This document shows positions 11,412 to 25,800 of a DNA stretch of 64,000 bases, in pieces (within the stretch, counting starts at the first letter, position 1; each line of letters begins with the position of its first letter). The stretch is from positions 218,247,741-218,311,740 of the forward strand of contig CM041465.1 of the NCBI GenBank assembly GCA_023213395.1. Reading direction: 5' to 3'. A program made the position numbers and the translations under genes. Under the pieces are notes generated by a model. That model did no database searches, was not told the origin of the DNA, and worked only from the letters and a program-made list of their open reading frames with translations. The stretch comes from Cycas panzhihuaensis. Its lineage: Eukaryota; Plantae; Cycadophyta.

Positions 11412-12299
11412 AGCATGCAAGAAGAGATAACCAATGATCTGTGAGGAAGGTGACCTTGATGGATACTAGGTCTTCAAACCCCCTAATGATATAGATGAAA
11501 TCAAGAGGATTTGGCATGCGTCTCAAGGTCCACCATCACGTGGCATTGACAAACACCTAATAATATGTTACCGAGATATTTCCCATGATATGGGTTATTG
11601 CTCCAATATGGGTAATCCACCTAAGGTGGGTAATTGCCCTAATGTAGGCATTATTCCAATAGTTAAGAGCTACAATGCTTGGTATAGGTTAAAACTCATT
11701 CAAGAGGTTGCATCTCTTGAATGACACCTCTTTATTCCATGATTACACTTATAAATATATGAATCATTAATAACTACCACATGTTAACCTTTAGTTGTGT
11801 TTTCTAACATAAATATAGCATAAGGAAAAATGATGAGAAAATGCATGTAATCAAATGTAATATCAATCAAATGATAAACCATAAATACATATCTAATATA
11901 TAAGGATAAAACTATACTTAAGATTCTTAAATTTTAGGTAAGGGACCTAAAATTAAGGAAATAGTTTGTCCCCTTAGCAATGAATCATGGTGGAGCTTAT
12001 ATAATAAATAAAAACACTACCAATATTATATTATATATTTGTACATATAATATTGCCAATATTCTATACTAGGGTTTTGTATGAGTGTGTTATATTATGG
12101 TTAAATCTAACATGAGTGGTTTTGTAATTTTATGAGTGAGATATATATAAACAATGTTGTACTAAATATAGTAATATCAATCCTTATTTCATAACAACAA
12201 CCAACTTTGAAATATAAAACTAAATAGTGGTTATGTTTTACCAAAATTAGTCCCTTCCATTCAATTAGATTTATGGCTACTATACACCATACAGTATTT

Positions 12300-14673
12300 G
12301 ATGATTAACTTTAATATGCATATTTGAATACTTATTTATTATTATATGGAATTAATGATTGATTTTTTATTCATCACTTTATGGTTTATTATGATTGCAT
12401 TATATATGATATTTTATGGTGTTACTTTGGACTATGATATGATGACTAAATGATTAGTTATATACGATGATGATTATCCACTTATTGATCACTGATATTA
12501 TAAAGCATGTCTTGTTTTCTTTCTAATTTTTTAACCACCTCATTTAAATACTTTATGTTATTTTACTTTCTATTTGGAATTATTTCAACTTGCCTTTGTT
12601 GATATTTCTACATGTTTAGCCCTATTTTTGGCTCTAAATTACACTAATTTTGGCTTTATTAGTCAATGTTTGAACTCAATAATCTATGGTAGACTAACTG
12701 TTCTTAAAAACTTTTGATTTTTTTTAAGTTTTTAGTCATTTTTCCCTGATTGATTTTTTTATTGTATCAAAAACATAACATTCTTAACAAAACATGACCA
12801 ATCATATTTTATTAAGATCATATTTTTTATTCTTAATAAAATATAATCAATAAATTTTATTAAAGAAATCACATTTTTTTCTATGTTATTTATAATTTTT
12901 TAAAATATAAATGTTAATTCTATATTTTTCTCAGTTTGCATCACCCAGATCTATGGGAACACATAACCTTACCTCCTCTAGTTGCCTATAGACCTTATCC
13001 ATTGAAAATATTATGAAAAATCACCTAGATCATGGCCAAAAGTCATGGCATGATTTTTTATCGAATTGGATTCCATGATCTAAGAGAGTTGGAAAGGGGA
13101 GGGGGGATCTATTGGAATCCATCAACAACATCCAATAGTAGTAGACCAACATCTAGAGAGTCCCTTTTAATTGAGTTTTGAGATCTTCTCTAGTATGTTC
13201 TTTCTCAAATAGATTTTAGCTTTTAAGATTGCCAAGTTTTCTGTGAGATTTCACTTGTCTTTCCTATATTGTTGAGATTTGATTGAAGATCTATCCCTAT
13301 GAGACTTTATTGGTCCTATTGTGAGGCATAATGGGACATATTTACCTTATCTCCTACTTAATTATTAGGTCTACTTACTCATTCATCCATTGAAATCAAT
13401 CTTACATAGCTTTTACTAGTTTTGTTTGTGTTATTCTCCTTCTCTACTAATGATTTCATCATCATTTATATAATTCTCATGACTATAAGGACTTGATGGT
13501 AAAAATTGGGCAAAAACATGGCACCATTCTAAGATAACTACCATTGGATTTAATCATGATCAAGGTAATATTGTTTGGATTTATTTCTAGTTGGGTTTTT
13601 TAAATATATATATAAAATAAAGGCTTCACTTACTCTTCTTTCTTTAGCTTTCACAATCTCTAAAATTAAAAGATTTGATGATATCTTTTACTTATTGGAA
13701 GTGCTATAGTCCTCTTATTTGAGTCATTTCACCTCTCTAATACTCTCTCTCTCTCTCTCTTTTGATTCTTAATAAGTTTAGCCCTTCAAAGGGTTGATAC
13801 ATTGATTCCCAAACTCTTTAGAGGAGGAAGAATTGAAAATTAGAGAAAGCCCTTAGGTGAACTAGGATTTTCCTTACATGCAAAGGTTATTTTCATATTA
13901 TATACTAGTTGAACATAATCTTGTGTAGCTTATAGGCTTGTATATGAAGGATATTATATTTTCATCTATTGTTACAACACTTTTACTTTATGTTTTTTGT
14001 CATTGAGCTTTATTTTGGCATAAGGAGGGATTTCAAGAGAGAAGAGCTATTTCATCACCAAAACTATTACTAGGTGTGTATCTCTTTTCTTAGTCTCAAA
14101 ATTTATTAAAAGATGTAGAAAGAAAAAGGAACTGAAGTGATTTGTCTTTTGTCCTTTATTTATTTATTTTGATTACTTTTGCTTGTTCTATTTGTATACA
14201 AAAGAAAAGAAAAACCATTTTTTGAAGTTGGGTTTAGTGGGTCTTAGGTTTGAATTTGTAATTGCATGATTACTTTACTCTTTTATCTTATTTTGAGTAT
14301 ACTTAACTAGTAGAAAAGGAAAATAAAAGAGTAGGTAGTATGATAATTGTAAGTATAATATAGGTACCTAGATCTCCCTTGCCTCTTATGTTCTTACTTG
14401 TTTTTCCTTGCATGCATATTAAATGATCATTTTATATAAATGGAAAATGCACCTTAGTTGTTGCATGTAGGTTTGTTTTGATGTTAGACTTAGATCTATT
14501 TGAGCTTCTTTGTGCATGCAAATGTTTCCATCTTTTACTTACTCTATTTTCTTGGTCTAAATTACATTCATAAATGGGCAAGGACTCCTTCTCAAGTGTT
14601 GGTTGAAAATACTTGCTCTTTAGACTAGTCACCATGATCACCTTATTGTGATTGGCCTAAAGCCAACCAACCA
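12300..14673 (+). repeat. 5' LTR of gypsy C (start approximate)
   Basis: Colinear with ~28500-30874, mostly transition differences. Confidence 0.85.
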
Positions 14674-16049
14674 TTTTCTAGAAACTATACTGGGGAAGTT
14701 ATCAAAACTTCCTATCTATACACCTTAGACCCATAAGCTTTACTCTATGAATTAAGACATCTATATTCTTATAGAGATCCCTCCACATACTCAGTCGAAG
14801 AGATCTTTAAGATAGCAGGGCCTCCCTCCTAAATATGATTACCAATAGGCTTATCTAACTTATGAGAATTACTCTAACTACCAAGTATATAAAGCTTATC
14901 TCTATCCTCTTGAGGAACTCGATGATCTATATGAAGTCCCTATTGATTAGTGCTATCTTAATTTACCTCATAAACAAATGAGTAATTTGTCTCTTCCTAC
15001 TTCTTCCATGCAAGAAGAGACTCAACCTACTCAAGTTACTCATCTCTATTTTGAACCTATGTTTATTAGGATTCCTTCTCTCATACCTATCCTTAGTTAC
15101 TAAGACCTATTTTGTTAAGACACTCACACCATAGTTATGCCCCTTTATCTAACTCTTGAACATCGTGAGGGATTCTATCCTCTTAAAAGAATATAAATCT
15201 TTGTAACTTGATCCTTATATCATCATCAATGCTCCACATTCACCCGTTCTTTCTCATCTACCTACTCCTAGGGAACCTCTTATCTCACCTATGAAGGTAA
15301 GAGATACTACGTTAGTTCACTCATAACCTAAATTATAAGTCCACTCCATATGAGATGGAGCTCAAGTAACTCTTGTATATTCCATTCTTCATGATGTCCC
15401 TCTTGAGAGCTCTAATCAAGAGTATAAAATTTAACTCATCAAGCCTCTACTTCTCACCAATCAAGTGGAGGACCCTCTTCCATTTATAAATACAAGTATC
15501 CCCATTCTAGTTCATATATCTCACTCTCAATTAGACCTATCCATTATTATTATACTTCAAAGAAATTCTTATCCTCTTTCACATTAGAATACCACATATA
15601 GTGTTAGACCCCTTCCTTCTTCTCCTTATAAGGGACCTATCCCTTTAGCACCTCTATATTTTAGACATGATGCTCAAGGTTCTTAACCCCATGTTACTTT
15701 TGATTAATATACCCATCATCAACAAACTTCTAGACCTACTAAGTGCTCTATATCATCTTTAACTCCTAGGCCTTTTCCTCAATACACCACTTGCCCTCTT
15801 TAATATAACCCTTTGATTCAACAATACTCCATTCCCTAATCAAATATTATGTTAACCTTGCTATATGGTTTAACCCCACTCACCCTCCATTTTTCTGTCC
15901 TTGTCACATTGATCAACATCTAACCACCACTTCTTATCCTTATCAATAACCTCATCTTTAATGTCCTTCTATGTTGAGGCTTAAGAGGCTTTTTGTTGAT
16001 TGATTATATGAGGTCCCATTTTCCACAAGAGGTCATCCTTTTATCTATG

Positions 16050-16560
16050 CACCTATTTTCACCCAAATTTCTAAAGTTTTAAGTGAGCAATCTTAAGATC
16101 CCACTTTGCATGTGCAAGATTTTGCACTTGTTTTGATTTCTTATCATATGATTTTATTATGATGTGTTTATTCCCTAAATCACTTCAAGGTGATGCATTG
16201 AATTTGTTTTACCATCTCCCTTCTACTTCAATAACTTTTTTCCAACAATTGGTTAACTCTTTTATTAGTTATTTTGATGTTGTAAGGGCTTTTAAGACTA
16301 GGATGAAATCTTTACTATTAATTAAATAGAATCATGATGAATCATCCCATGATTTTGTTAGGATATTTTAAGACCTAGTTTACACTTTTCATTCTTCCCT
16401 TGATCCTAATCTCCTCTTTGACCTCTTCACTTATGCTCTAAGACCTTGTATGCATTTGGAAGTATTAAAGCTTGGTCCTTAATACTATAAAGAGCCCATT
16501 GATAAGTGCTTAGCTCTTAAGGCCTTTTGGATTCAAATTGGTATTAAGAAGATTGGTAAT
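16050..16560 (+). pseudogene. gag: Gypsy gag (retrotrans_gag domain) remnant of C
   Basis: DPTLHVQDF...LFPKSLQGDALNLFYHLPSTSITFFQQLVNSFISYF. Confidence 0.8.
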
Positions 16561-18066
16561 TCTAAAGAAGTTAACTCAAACACCTAGGCTAACTCATTCT
16601 AACCAAACTTATGACCATCTTACTTTGTATATTAGAGAACTTTAATATACTTTAAACACTAAGTTATGTATCAATAATCCTCCTGTTAATCAACCTGAGT
16701 AACAAACTAAAATCATTTACCTCACTGAAGGAAAGAAGCATCAAAATCCTTCTCCTCTACCTTCAATGAAGAAGACTCAATGGTATTGATACTATCAGAT
16801 TGATAATCAGGATAGAAGTCAATGTTAAGTAGTTCAAGCCATGAATCAAAATTCTTAATCTTCTAGTGATCTGGCATCAAGACCAAATCAATAACAACTC
16901 ATTCACAAAGACCCTTTGCCCTAATATGATTATAAAGATATCAATGATAAGAATAAAGGCAAGACTAAATAAGATGAAGTAAGTGATGATGAGAGTTTAG
17001 GTTTTGATCTAGTCAAGAAGTCTATCACTTCACCCAGTGTGACTAATAAATGAAGTAGTAATCAAAGTCAGCCACTTCCTAAAGGTGGAGAAACCAAAAG
17101 AATGATTAATATGGTTGAGGTCATAAAGAGCTTAGGTGTGATCAAGCACTCTAAAGATTCATCCATCAGGAATCCTAATTCTTTTCTTGATCCTCTAAAG
17201 GAGCTAAACCAAGCTCTGATACCAAATGATAAAAAATAAATTCACTAGAGAACATGGCAGAATATAAATAAATAATCATAGATCAATACATCATTGTTAC
17301 ATAAACACTAGATCCTTTGTATTCAATCCATTGTTTGAGAGACAACATTACAAATGTCCAAAAGTAGGTGGTGTCTAAAGACACTAGGATTGCACACCCC
17401 TCAAAATATATAGTTTGGAGGAGGAGGGAAACTTGTTAACCTTTAAAATTTAAACAATAATAAAATAATAACTTAACTTAAATTAACTTAAATCAAATTA
17501 ACCTTACCTTATACTTACCTTCACATGTGAGTACCCACATATGTAAATTAATAAGAGTGAGGTGTGCACTCCTAGTTAAAAGGTGGGAGTGGGCTGATGA
17601 GTATTAACCCCAACATTCTCCCCCTTAATGATCATCATGAACAATGTCTTCTCTTTAAACTTGTGGAATTTATACTTAAAAAAAACTTTAAAAATCTATT
17701 TTGTAGCTTGATCTTTATTAACTTTCCTCAACCTTATAGCAATGTGTGTGTCTTTGCCATTGAATGGTGCAAAAAAATTGTAAGTAAATGAAGCTTGATT
17801 CAAATGTGGAGATGTGGCTACAATTTTGACTTTAACTTTTATAACTTTAACTTTATCTTCTAAAATCTTTGTGTTATGAGCAACTGTCATATCATCATAT
17901 CTCTCCACCCTAAATGAAGGATTAGGTTCTTGTACAATAAAATGATCATACATTTGACTTGAATCTTTCTTGGTCTTTTTAGTATAATCCACCTATTCTG
18001 GCATCTGTCTCACATGCTCAACATCAATATTAAATTCATTGAGGGTATGTCCCCTATAAGTAGAAA

Positions 18067-18297
18067 TCAAAATGTCCCATAAACTTTAGAAAAGACATCA
18101 TTATTTATAGTGCAAAATATTAAAGCTAGGGCTTTATTATCTTTTTCAATATTTTTTGTAATACTAACATCATATTCATCCTGTAAGTAGTTCCAAAGAT
18201 TATGTGTAATAAAATAATTTTGCATAGTCTTATACCATAGTGAAAAATTATGGCCATCAAATATAGGAAATTGTACTTTATTAAGATTGACTACCAT
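18067..18297 (-). pseudogene. gag: Truncated copia gag N-terminus of D
   Basis: FPIFDGHNFSLWYKTMQNYFITHNLWNY...KDNKALALIFCTINNDVFSKV. Confidence 0.85.
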
Positions 18298-19914
18298 TTT
18301 ACAGAAAACTTTAGTACATAAAAGGAATATACTTTTACTAAGTCAAAAAGAAAAAAAAAAAACTCAATAAATCAATAGATATGACAAACTTATAAGATAT
18401 AATTTCGGATAAAATTTGAAATATAATGAATATATAAGCAAATTTTAAAAGGTTAAAAGACAAGTCTATTAGGATATACTTGAATACTCAATTTTAGCAA
18501 CTTCAAAGTTGTATTAATCAATGTTAGAATAACATGAAATTATACCAATATGAAGATCAACAAAAAATTTATTCAATGGAATAGACTGTCTTGAAAACAG
18601 GTTCCTATAAGTCAATATTTTAATGAACCAAAGATACAATCCTCTTTTTTAGGCTTAACGGGAGCCTGTGGCTCAAAATATTATACAATTGCTAATAATA
18701 AATTGTAGAATAATGTAAAATGGTCAAATATGGTTTAAAAGGCTACTCAATATGCTTTTCAATTAAAACTTTGAGAAATAATATATAAAAAGTGTGTAAT
18801 AATGGTATATTAGAGGCTATTATGTACCTCTATTTTAATGACTTTGAAAATCTAAAAAAAGACTTTAAAACTTATAAATAATAGTGTTAGTTCGAAGAGG
18901 AGTGAGTTAGCTTCTCAACAAAACTAACAGAACTAAATTCTAATGTAAAACAGAAAAGTTATAATAAAAATAGCAACAAGTACTTTTATGGTAAAATGTT
19001 TAAAAATTACTAAAGTGCCACTTTCGGCGATTAAAATAATGATAAAAGTAAATCCTAAAAAATAAAATGAATAGATGGTAATGAAGTTTATTGATAATAT
19101 ATGACTTTAGAATAGATCTGAGTAGAAAATAATCTCCTGGTGATAAAATATAATCTGATGAAAAGTAATTTTATAAAAATAGTTTTAAAAGACTCTAAAA
19201 ATTAATGACTAACTTTAAACTGACTAAAAATAGGTAAAATCAACTCCAAATAGGTTATATGACTAGTAGAAATCATACCTCAGGAAATTCTAGATGTAAT
19301 GGGATAGGTTTCATCAGAAACCGATGACCTGGTAAGAAGTTATGGTAAAAAATTACCAGATAACCTATGTAAAATAAAAAATTAAAAAAAATAAAAGGAA
19401 AAAAAACTTTTTAATAGTTGTTTGCCCCTTTGAAATAAAGATAAAGGTAATATGAGGGTTTATATGACTGGCGGCCAAGACTTGAAGGGGCTAATGCTTA
19501 AAACCCTAGATTTGAAAACTTATAGAATGTAATTAAATTTTTAAAACTTTATATAAAAAAATATATTAAAAAATAAGTAAATTTTTTATTTTAATTTTTT
19601 GGAGGTGCAGCGTTGCTGCATCACCACTGCCATCACTATGCACATCATTGTCATGCGCTGCAGCCTGAGCAGATGCCATCGTGGAGGCGTTGAGAGTGTA
19701 GGGATGGTGAGAGAGAGCCGGTGCAACTTTGATTAGCGATCGTCTCGCCTACACCAGTTTAACATTTTGGAAATAAAAAATGCCATGGGATCATTCTTCT
19801 GCTTATCAGCTAGTTCCTACAATGGTTTCTCCTACCACTTGGATTCTTCAATAGTTAAGATTTTTCCTAGCTTTGTGGGTTAGAAGGTCTTACTGCAACT
19901 ATTCTGTGTATTCT

Positions 19915-20112
19915 AAAAGTTGGACTCCAATTATGAGAGACTGGGCGTCGCAGATGCAAAAGTTAGACTCCAATGATGAGAGACTAGGGATCATAGATGT
20001 AGAAGTTGGACTCCAATGATGAGAGACTGGGGATCATAGATGTAAAAGTTGGACTACAATGATGAGAGACTAGGGGTCGCAGATGCAGAAGTTGGACTCC
20101 AATGATGAGAGA
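19915..20112. repeat. 43-bp tandem repeat, ~4.6 copies
   Basis: Unit aaaagttggactccaatgatgagagactggggatcatagatgt starting at 19915, 19958, 20001, 20044 and 20087. Confidence 0.95.
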
Positions 20113-22849
20113 ACTTCAGAAGCAATCCTTTTCATATATTTAAATATACATGAAAGAGATATTAGTGCCATAAGCATACCAACTAGAAGTTCAAGAGTAA
20201 CATCAGATTGTGCTATTCACATTGAGCCTAATGGAATAGGATTATAATAAACTGTGTGCTCTAGCTTTTGGTACTTTACCTATATTGTTTACATTGTCAA
20301 CATATATCTAGTAGATCTTGTTGTATAGGAGTACCTTGTTAATGATATTCTTACAATTTTGCCTCTTCCATAGGTGGTTGTTTGTATGTAACATGAAATC
20401 TAAAAATCTATTAAATGTTATTGTTGCTAATTTATGTCCAAATGTTAACCAGAGTATGGATGATGTTATGTCTGGTAAAACTACATCATCAAGATTAAGT
20501 GGTGCACATCCTTTGTATACTCCTTTAGTTAAAATTGATTTAACATTAGCAGGATAAGTGAGAAGATTAGATTAAAAGCAATTTGAGGTTGTAGGCCTTT
20601 TGTAGTGTGTAGTAAATGAAAATAAAAGAAACTTGCAAAACTCCAGTTTTAGCTCTGAAAAAAGGGCTTGTTCCAAACAAATTTACGTACAATGTGCTTA
20701 TTCAAGGATACTGTGATGGATTGCTATTCAACTAACTATTCAAAAGTAAATTGCAATGGCTTTGTTAGGATTGCAATCCTCATGGAAGATTCCAATCTAT
20801 TCTTGATAATTTTGTTGTATTCTTTTTGTAAAGAATGTAATTAATGGGTAGTTATCAATGATGGTTTTTGAACAACAGTTACTGCACATAGAAGGCCACG
20901 ATTTTGTATTTTCAAAGGCATATAGCATATATGGAGGGGTGTGATTATTTGAAGTATGTAAGCAACATTGAGGAAGATATTAAAGCAAACTTTAGAAAAT
21001 ATATTCTATTATTGCTAGGCCTGATTTCAGGATTCTTAATGTATCTTGATGTGAACATGAGCTTCAATGATTGCACTCTTTTCCAGTCACTAAATGAAAA
21101 TGCTCATTTGCATTCTCTTATTCGATTATGTATGGAGAATGTTGTACACTACGATTCTTTGCAAGTTATAGTACAAGTGCTAAAACATATGCTAGAGATG
21201 TCAAAAATATATATATATAATGTAGATCTTATGAGAAATAAAATATTAATATGAGGATCATGGAAACAAACACTTAATGATCACACAGATCTAAACTGAG
21301 ATAAAGGCATAAATGGTATTAATTTCATTAGCAAAACAGCATGTGTTCAATATTTAATCATACAAAGATTGTGTTATAAAACCAGAAATTTTTTAAATAT
21401 GTTGAAGAAAGTATATCAAATAAATCTACAAAGTTTAAGATTCTTTGAAAGTAATCTAGAGATTCAAGCTTCTAATGCTACCAACACATGGATCTATAAA
21501 GTTTTAAGTTATAAGAACAAATCTAAATATATTAATGAAAATATATCAAGAAAATATAATACATACATATTTGTATCTAAGATTTTTTAAATGTATAGGA
21601 GAAGATATATCAAAGGAATGAGAAAATATATGTTTAAATCTGAAAATAAACTAAGAAGAACCTAGTAATGTAGTTGTGGCTAATTTGCAGAAAATAGACT
21701 TCCAAAGATAAGATGTTCTCCCACATAAGTTGAAACTTCAAGCAGATTTCTCCAGTAGATAGATCTGCTATAATATATGGCTTGTTGGGTTGAATATGCA
21801 CCAAAACTTTCACAGATCTAAACAAGAACTTGAAAAAAATGGTCAAATATATGATAAAATATATAAATCTAAAAGAAAACTTGAATAAATATTGTAAATC
21901 TGAAGTAAGTATTGCATATCTAAAGTAAATATTGCAGATCTGTAGCCAATATTACAGATCTGTAGTAAATATTATAGATATAAATAAAATAAACCATAAA
22001 AATGGTCAAATATTTCATAAAATAAGTAGATCTAAAGAATATATAGTAGATCTAAAGAAAACTTTAAACAAATATTGCTTGTAGCTATGCTCCTACACAG
22101 ATCTAAAAAAAGTAATGAATAAATAGATAAAATATACCTAAAAATAGTCAAATATATGATACAAATATATAAAACTTGTTCATAAAACCTATGTCGAGTG
22201 ATAAAAACTTAATGTTTATTGTTTACAACTACGCATCTACACAGATCTAAAAAAATATCTAAAATATATTTGTTATTTCACAAGTATAACTCAAGAATAA
22301 TCAAATTTCTAATAAAAAATACAAGAAACTGCTAATAAACTTTTTAGAAAATGAATATAACTAATCTTTGCTTGCTTATGATTAGATCTACATATAACCC
22401 AATAATCTCTACTCTGATACTAGGTGTAGGAAAAAAAAAATGATGGAGAATATGGTAGAACATAAATAAATAATCATAAATCAATACATCATTGCTGCAT
22501 AAATACAAGATCCTTTGTATTCAATCCATTGTTTGACAGAGAGCATTATAAATGTCTAAAAGTAAGTGGTGTTTAAAGACACCAGGGTTTCACACCCCTT
22601 AAAATATATAGTTTGGGGGAGAAGGGAAACTCCTTAACCCCTAAAATTCAAACAATAATAAAATAATAACTTAACTCAAATTAACTTAGATCAAATCAAC
22701 CTTACCTTATATTTACCTTCACATGTGAGCACCCACATGTATAAATTGATGAGAGTGAGGTGTGCACTCCTGGTTAGAAGGTGGGAGTAGGGTGATGAGC
22801 ATTAACCCCAACATCCTTATTGTTCTATTCATTTTAGGTTCTATTCCTT

Positions 22850-25800
22850 CTACTTTAAATGATAGATCCTTCTATTTGGTTAAGGAATTTAAAATTATTG
22901 CTACAAGTATTTTAGTGATGGATTTGTTAAGAAATTATCCCAAGTAATATTAGCTATTGCTTGATGCCTTAGGGGCTCTTACTCTTAGCCATTCATTAAA
23001 CCTTACTCTCTCATTTAATTTATTGAACTTGCCTAGTCAATATAATTATTCCCATAATGATATTCCTCATTTCTATATTAAAATATGCAAAGATGACATT
23101 AATATACGATGTGTTATTATTGATGAGGGTTCATCAATCAATGTAATTCCTCTTTACCTTGTTAAAAACTTAGAGAATTCTGCTTTTGAACCATGTAAAT
23201 GGATATATCAGGGCTATGATAAAAATAAAAAAACTTCTCTAGGTTAGGTTACTCTTCATTTTACTTTAGAAGTGAAGACAATCATGGTTGACCTTACTAT
23301 TATAGATTTGGATCTTGAGTATAATATTCTTTTGGGTAGACCATGGATCACCTAAATGTCTATTGTTTACTCTTCTTTCTTTGGTGAAATCTAGTTCATC
23401 CATGAAAGAGAGTTAAAGACTATAAAATAAAGACCAAGGCCTATTGAAAAATCAGTCCCATTAGTGGAAACTATTATAGAAACTAGAGAGTCCTTAAATT
23501 CTTTTATATGCATCTTCTAATCTCAAGGACTAGGATAGTGTTTCACCATTAATACTTCTTCTTTTCATGAATATGAAATTAAGGGAGTAAATATTATTGA
23601 AAAAATATTTTCTAAAAAAAGCTTTTCACCTCCCTATACTAATGTTAAGATTTTTTAATCCACTTTGGAACCCTTCCCAATTCCTTCTCTTATGAAGGAA
23701 ATGATAAATGATGATAGTCAAAGCTTTGATGAGCTACCACCATCTTAAGAAATTATTTCTTTCACTTTACCTATTGATAAATAAGTTCTAATACATGCCT
23801 TATGTTTGCATCTTATTTAAAATAAATCTAATAACCTTCCATATATTACTAATTCATACAGGAGAGTGCACTTATCCTATGACTCTATGGAATCATCTAG
23901 TAAGGTTTCCTATCATCAATCTCCTTTAATTATTGCTTGTATCAATTGTCATAAGAAGAAACTTTTACTACATAGGCATCTTGATGTTTTACCTCATGAA
24001 GGTGAAATATCTTTTCCATCCAAATTAAGTCTAACACAACTTGAGGACACTTAGGAAGTTAATATGATTTCCACCATTTCTCTTTCTTCTTGAGAGTCCT
24101 TCCAACATACTCTATCATCTATTATTTGTACATCTTCTCCTATAAGCTCTTTTTCCATTAATAAATCTAGTGTACATCTAGTCTTTAATTCATATTAGGA
24201 ATTCTTATGTCAAGCTACTCCATTTTTACAAGTACCTTTAATAATAGATGTTATCCTAAGTCAAGACCAACATTCTCCTAGAATATTCCTCTTGCAATTT
24301 ATCTCATTATCCTCAACCTAAAACTAAGAATTCTACTTGAAAGATCTTTATCAATTAGACCATTTTAAAAGCAATGAAGTGATTTTAGAACACCTGGCTA
24401 GGACTTCACCTAAATTTCTTCTCAATTATCACAAGGTTGTGTTTGCTAAATAATTACATCCTAATTTACCTTTAGTTGAACCTCATTAGGCTTCAAATAA
24501 TGCAACATCCTTTATAGAAATTTCCCCTTCTCATTTTAAGATAGGAAATGTTATGCTTATGGGTGACACTACTGATATTAGCTTAGAACTAGGTAGAACT
24601 TTAAAGATAATTAAAGTTTGGGTAGATTGTTTCCTTGAAAAAGTATTATAACTTAAAGACCTCTTTCATAAATTTAGCTTAATATTTCCTAGGAGTTAAA
24701 CCTAAAAGACAAATACATAAACCCATATATCCCCACTTATTGACTACTATTAAGCAAGAAGATGAGAAACTCCTAAAAGATGGATTTATAAAAAGCATTA
24801 ATTATTCATAATGGGTATTTAATATAGTTCCCATGGAAAAATATAATGGTTATATTTATATATATATATATATTGATTTTTGAGACATTAATGATGCTTG
24901 TCCTAAAGACAACTTTCCTCTACCATTTTTGGATTAGATTTGGGATTAAACTACTAGTTTTGAGGTTATGTCTCTTATGGATAGTTTCTCAGGTTATAAT
25001 TAGATTCTTATGTCCCTTGAGGATTGACATAAGATTTCTTTCATTACACCATGGGGAACTTTTGCATATAAGGTTATTTCCTTTGGCCTTAAAAATGTTG
25101 GAGCTATATACTAATGGTCCATGGTCTTTATTTTATTAGATTATATTTTAATTATAATGGTGGTTTATTTAGATGACATGCTTATCTTGTCATGTTGTTG
25201 ATGATACAATATTAAATATCTACATGTTATCTTTAAAAGATGTTAGAAATTCCACCTTTTTCTTAATCTAAACAAGTGTGTATTTTCTATGATATTAGGG
25301 AAAAAGCTATGTAATATACTCTTTCAAGATGGCGTTAGGATAGACCCTGATAAGGTAAAAGCCATTATTAAAATGGTGCCTCCTCATACATAGAAATAAG
25401 TTAAATCATTTCTTGGGAATTAGTCTTTCTATAATATTTTATAGCCAACTTTATATTAGATGCTAAACCTCTCATGACTATTTTAAAGAAAGAGGCTTCT
25501 CGTACTTGGACTCCTCTTACTCAAGAGTCCTTTAATAAATTAAAATAAACATTGGTCTTTACACCTATTCTTGCCTCTCCCATGTTTGATAAACCATTAA
25601 TCTTATATACATCTTCCATGAAAAGGTCCTTGGTAGGTATATTAGTTTAAGAAGTTAAATTTAGGAGAGAACAAACTATTTATTTTATAAGTAGGACACT
25701 AGTTATAATTTAGCTTCATTATCCCCCTATTAAGAAAGAGTATCTTTTCTTAATCTTTGACACTAAGAAATTACACCATTATCTCCTTGGAAACATCATA

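Larger units (their letters stand above)
1..11661 (-). mobile_element. Old Ty1/copia element A (5' part: gag, ~2.5 kb leader, PBS, and 5' LTR split by element B); continues left of the window
   Basis: Decayed gag on the minus strand at 1-505. 3049-3066 aacctagctctaatacta matches the tRNA-iMet 3' end AACCTGGCTCTGATACCA with 3 transitions. LTR runs ~3069-3114 plus 11417-11661 and ends ...cattattccaata, resembling B's LTR end gattattcccaaca. Confidence 0.65.
17227..22813 (-). mobile_element. Non-autonomous gag-only (TR-GAG-like) copia-type element D, nested in C
   Basis: 389-bp LTRs 17227-17615 and 22425-22813; PBS actctgatacta 22411-22422; PPT ttctccccctt from 17616. Only a truncated gag, no pol motifs seen. 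No TSD found. Confidence 0.9.

Noticed and set aside
12229-12260. ggtta|tgttttacc as alternative start and TSD for gypsy C (right flank ggttg)
   Set aside because: Similarity to the presumed 3' LTR start near 28472 is weak; boundary left approximate.
17590-17615. ctgatgag at the end of D's LTR
   Set aside because: No hammerhead stems, and the partner LTR reads gtgatgag.
19915-20112. Regular repeat resembling a CRISPR array or C/D snoRNA cluster (ATGATGA)
   Set aside because: Units are contiguous with no unique spacers or cas genes, no CTGA D box in the unit, and the context is eukaryotic TE.
23400-24600. Additional archaeal-type RNase H expected in some Tat lineages
   Set aside because: No FDG...NNxAEYEA motif seen here or between RH and INT, so the sub-lineage is left unassigned.
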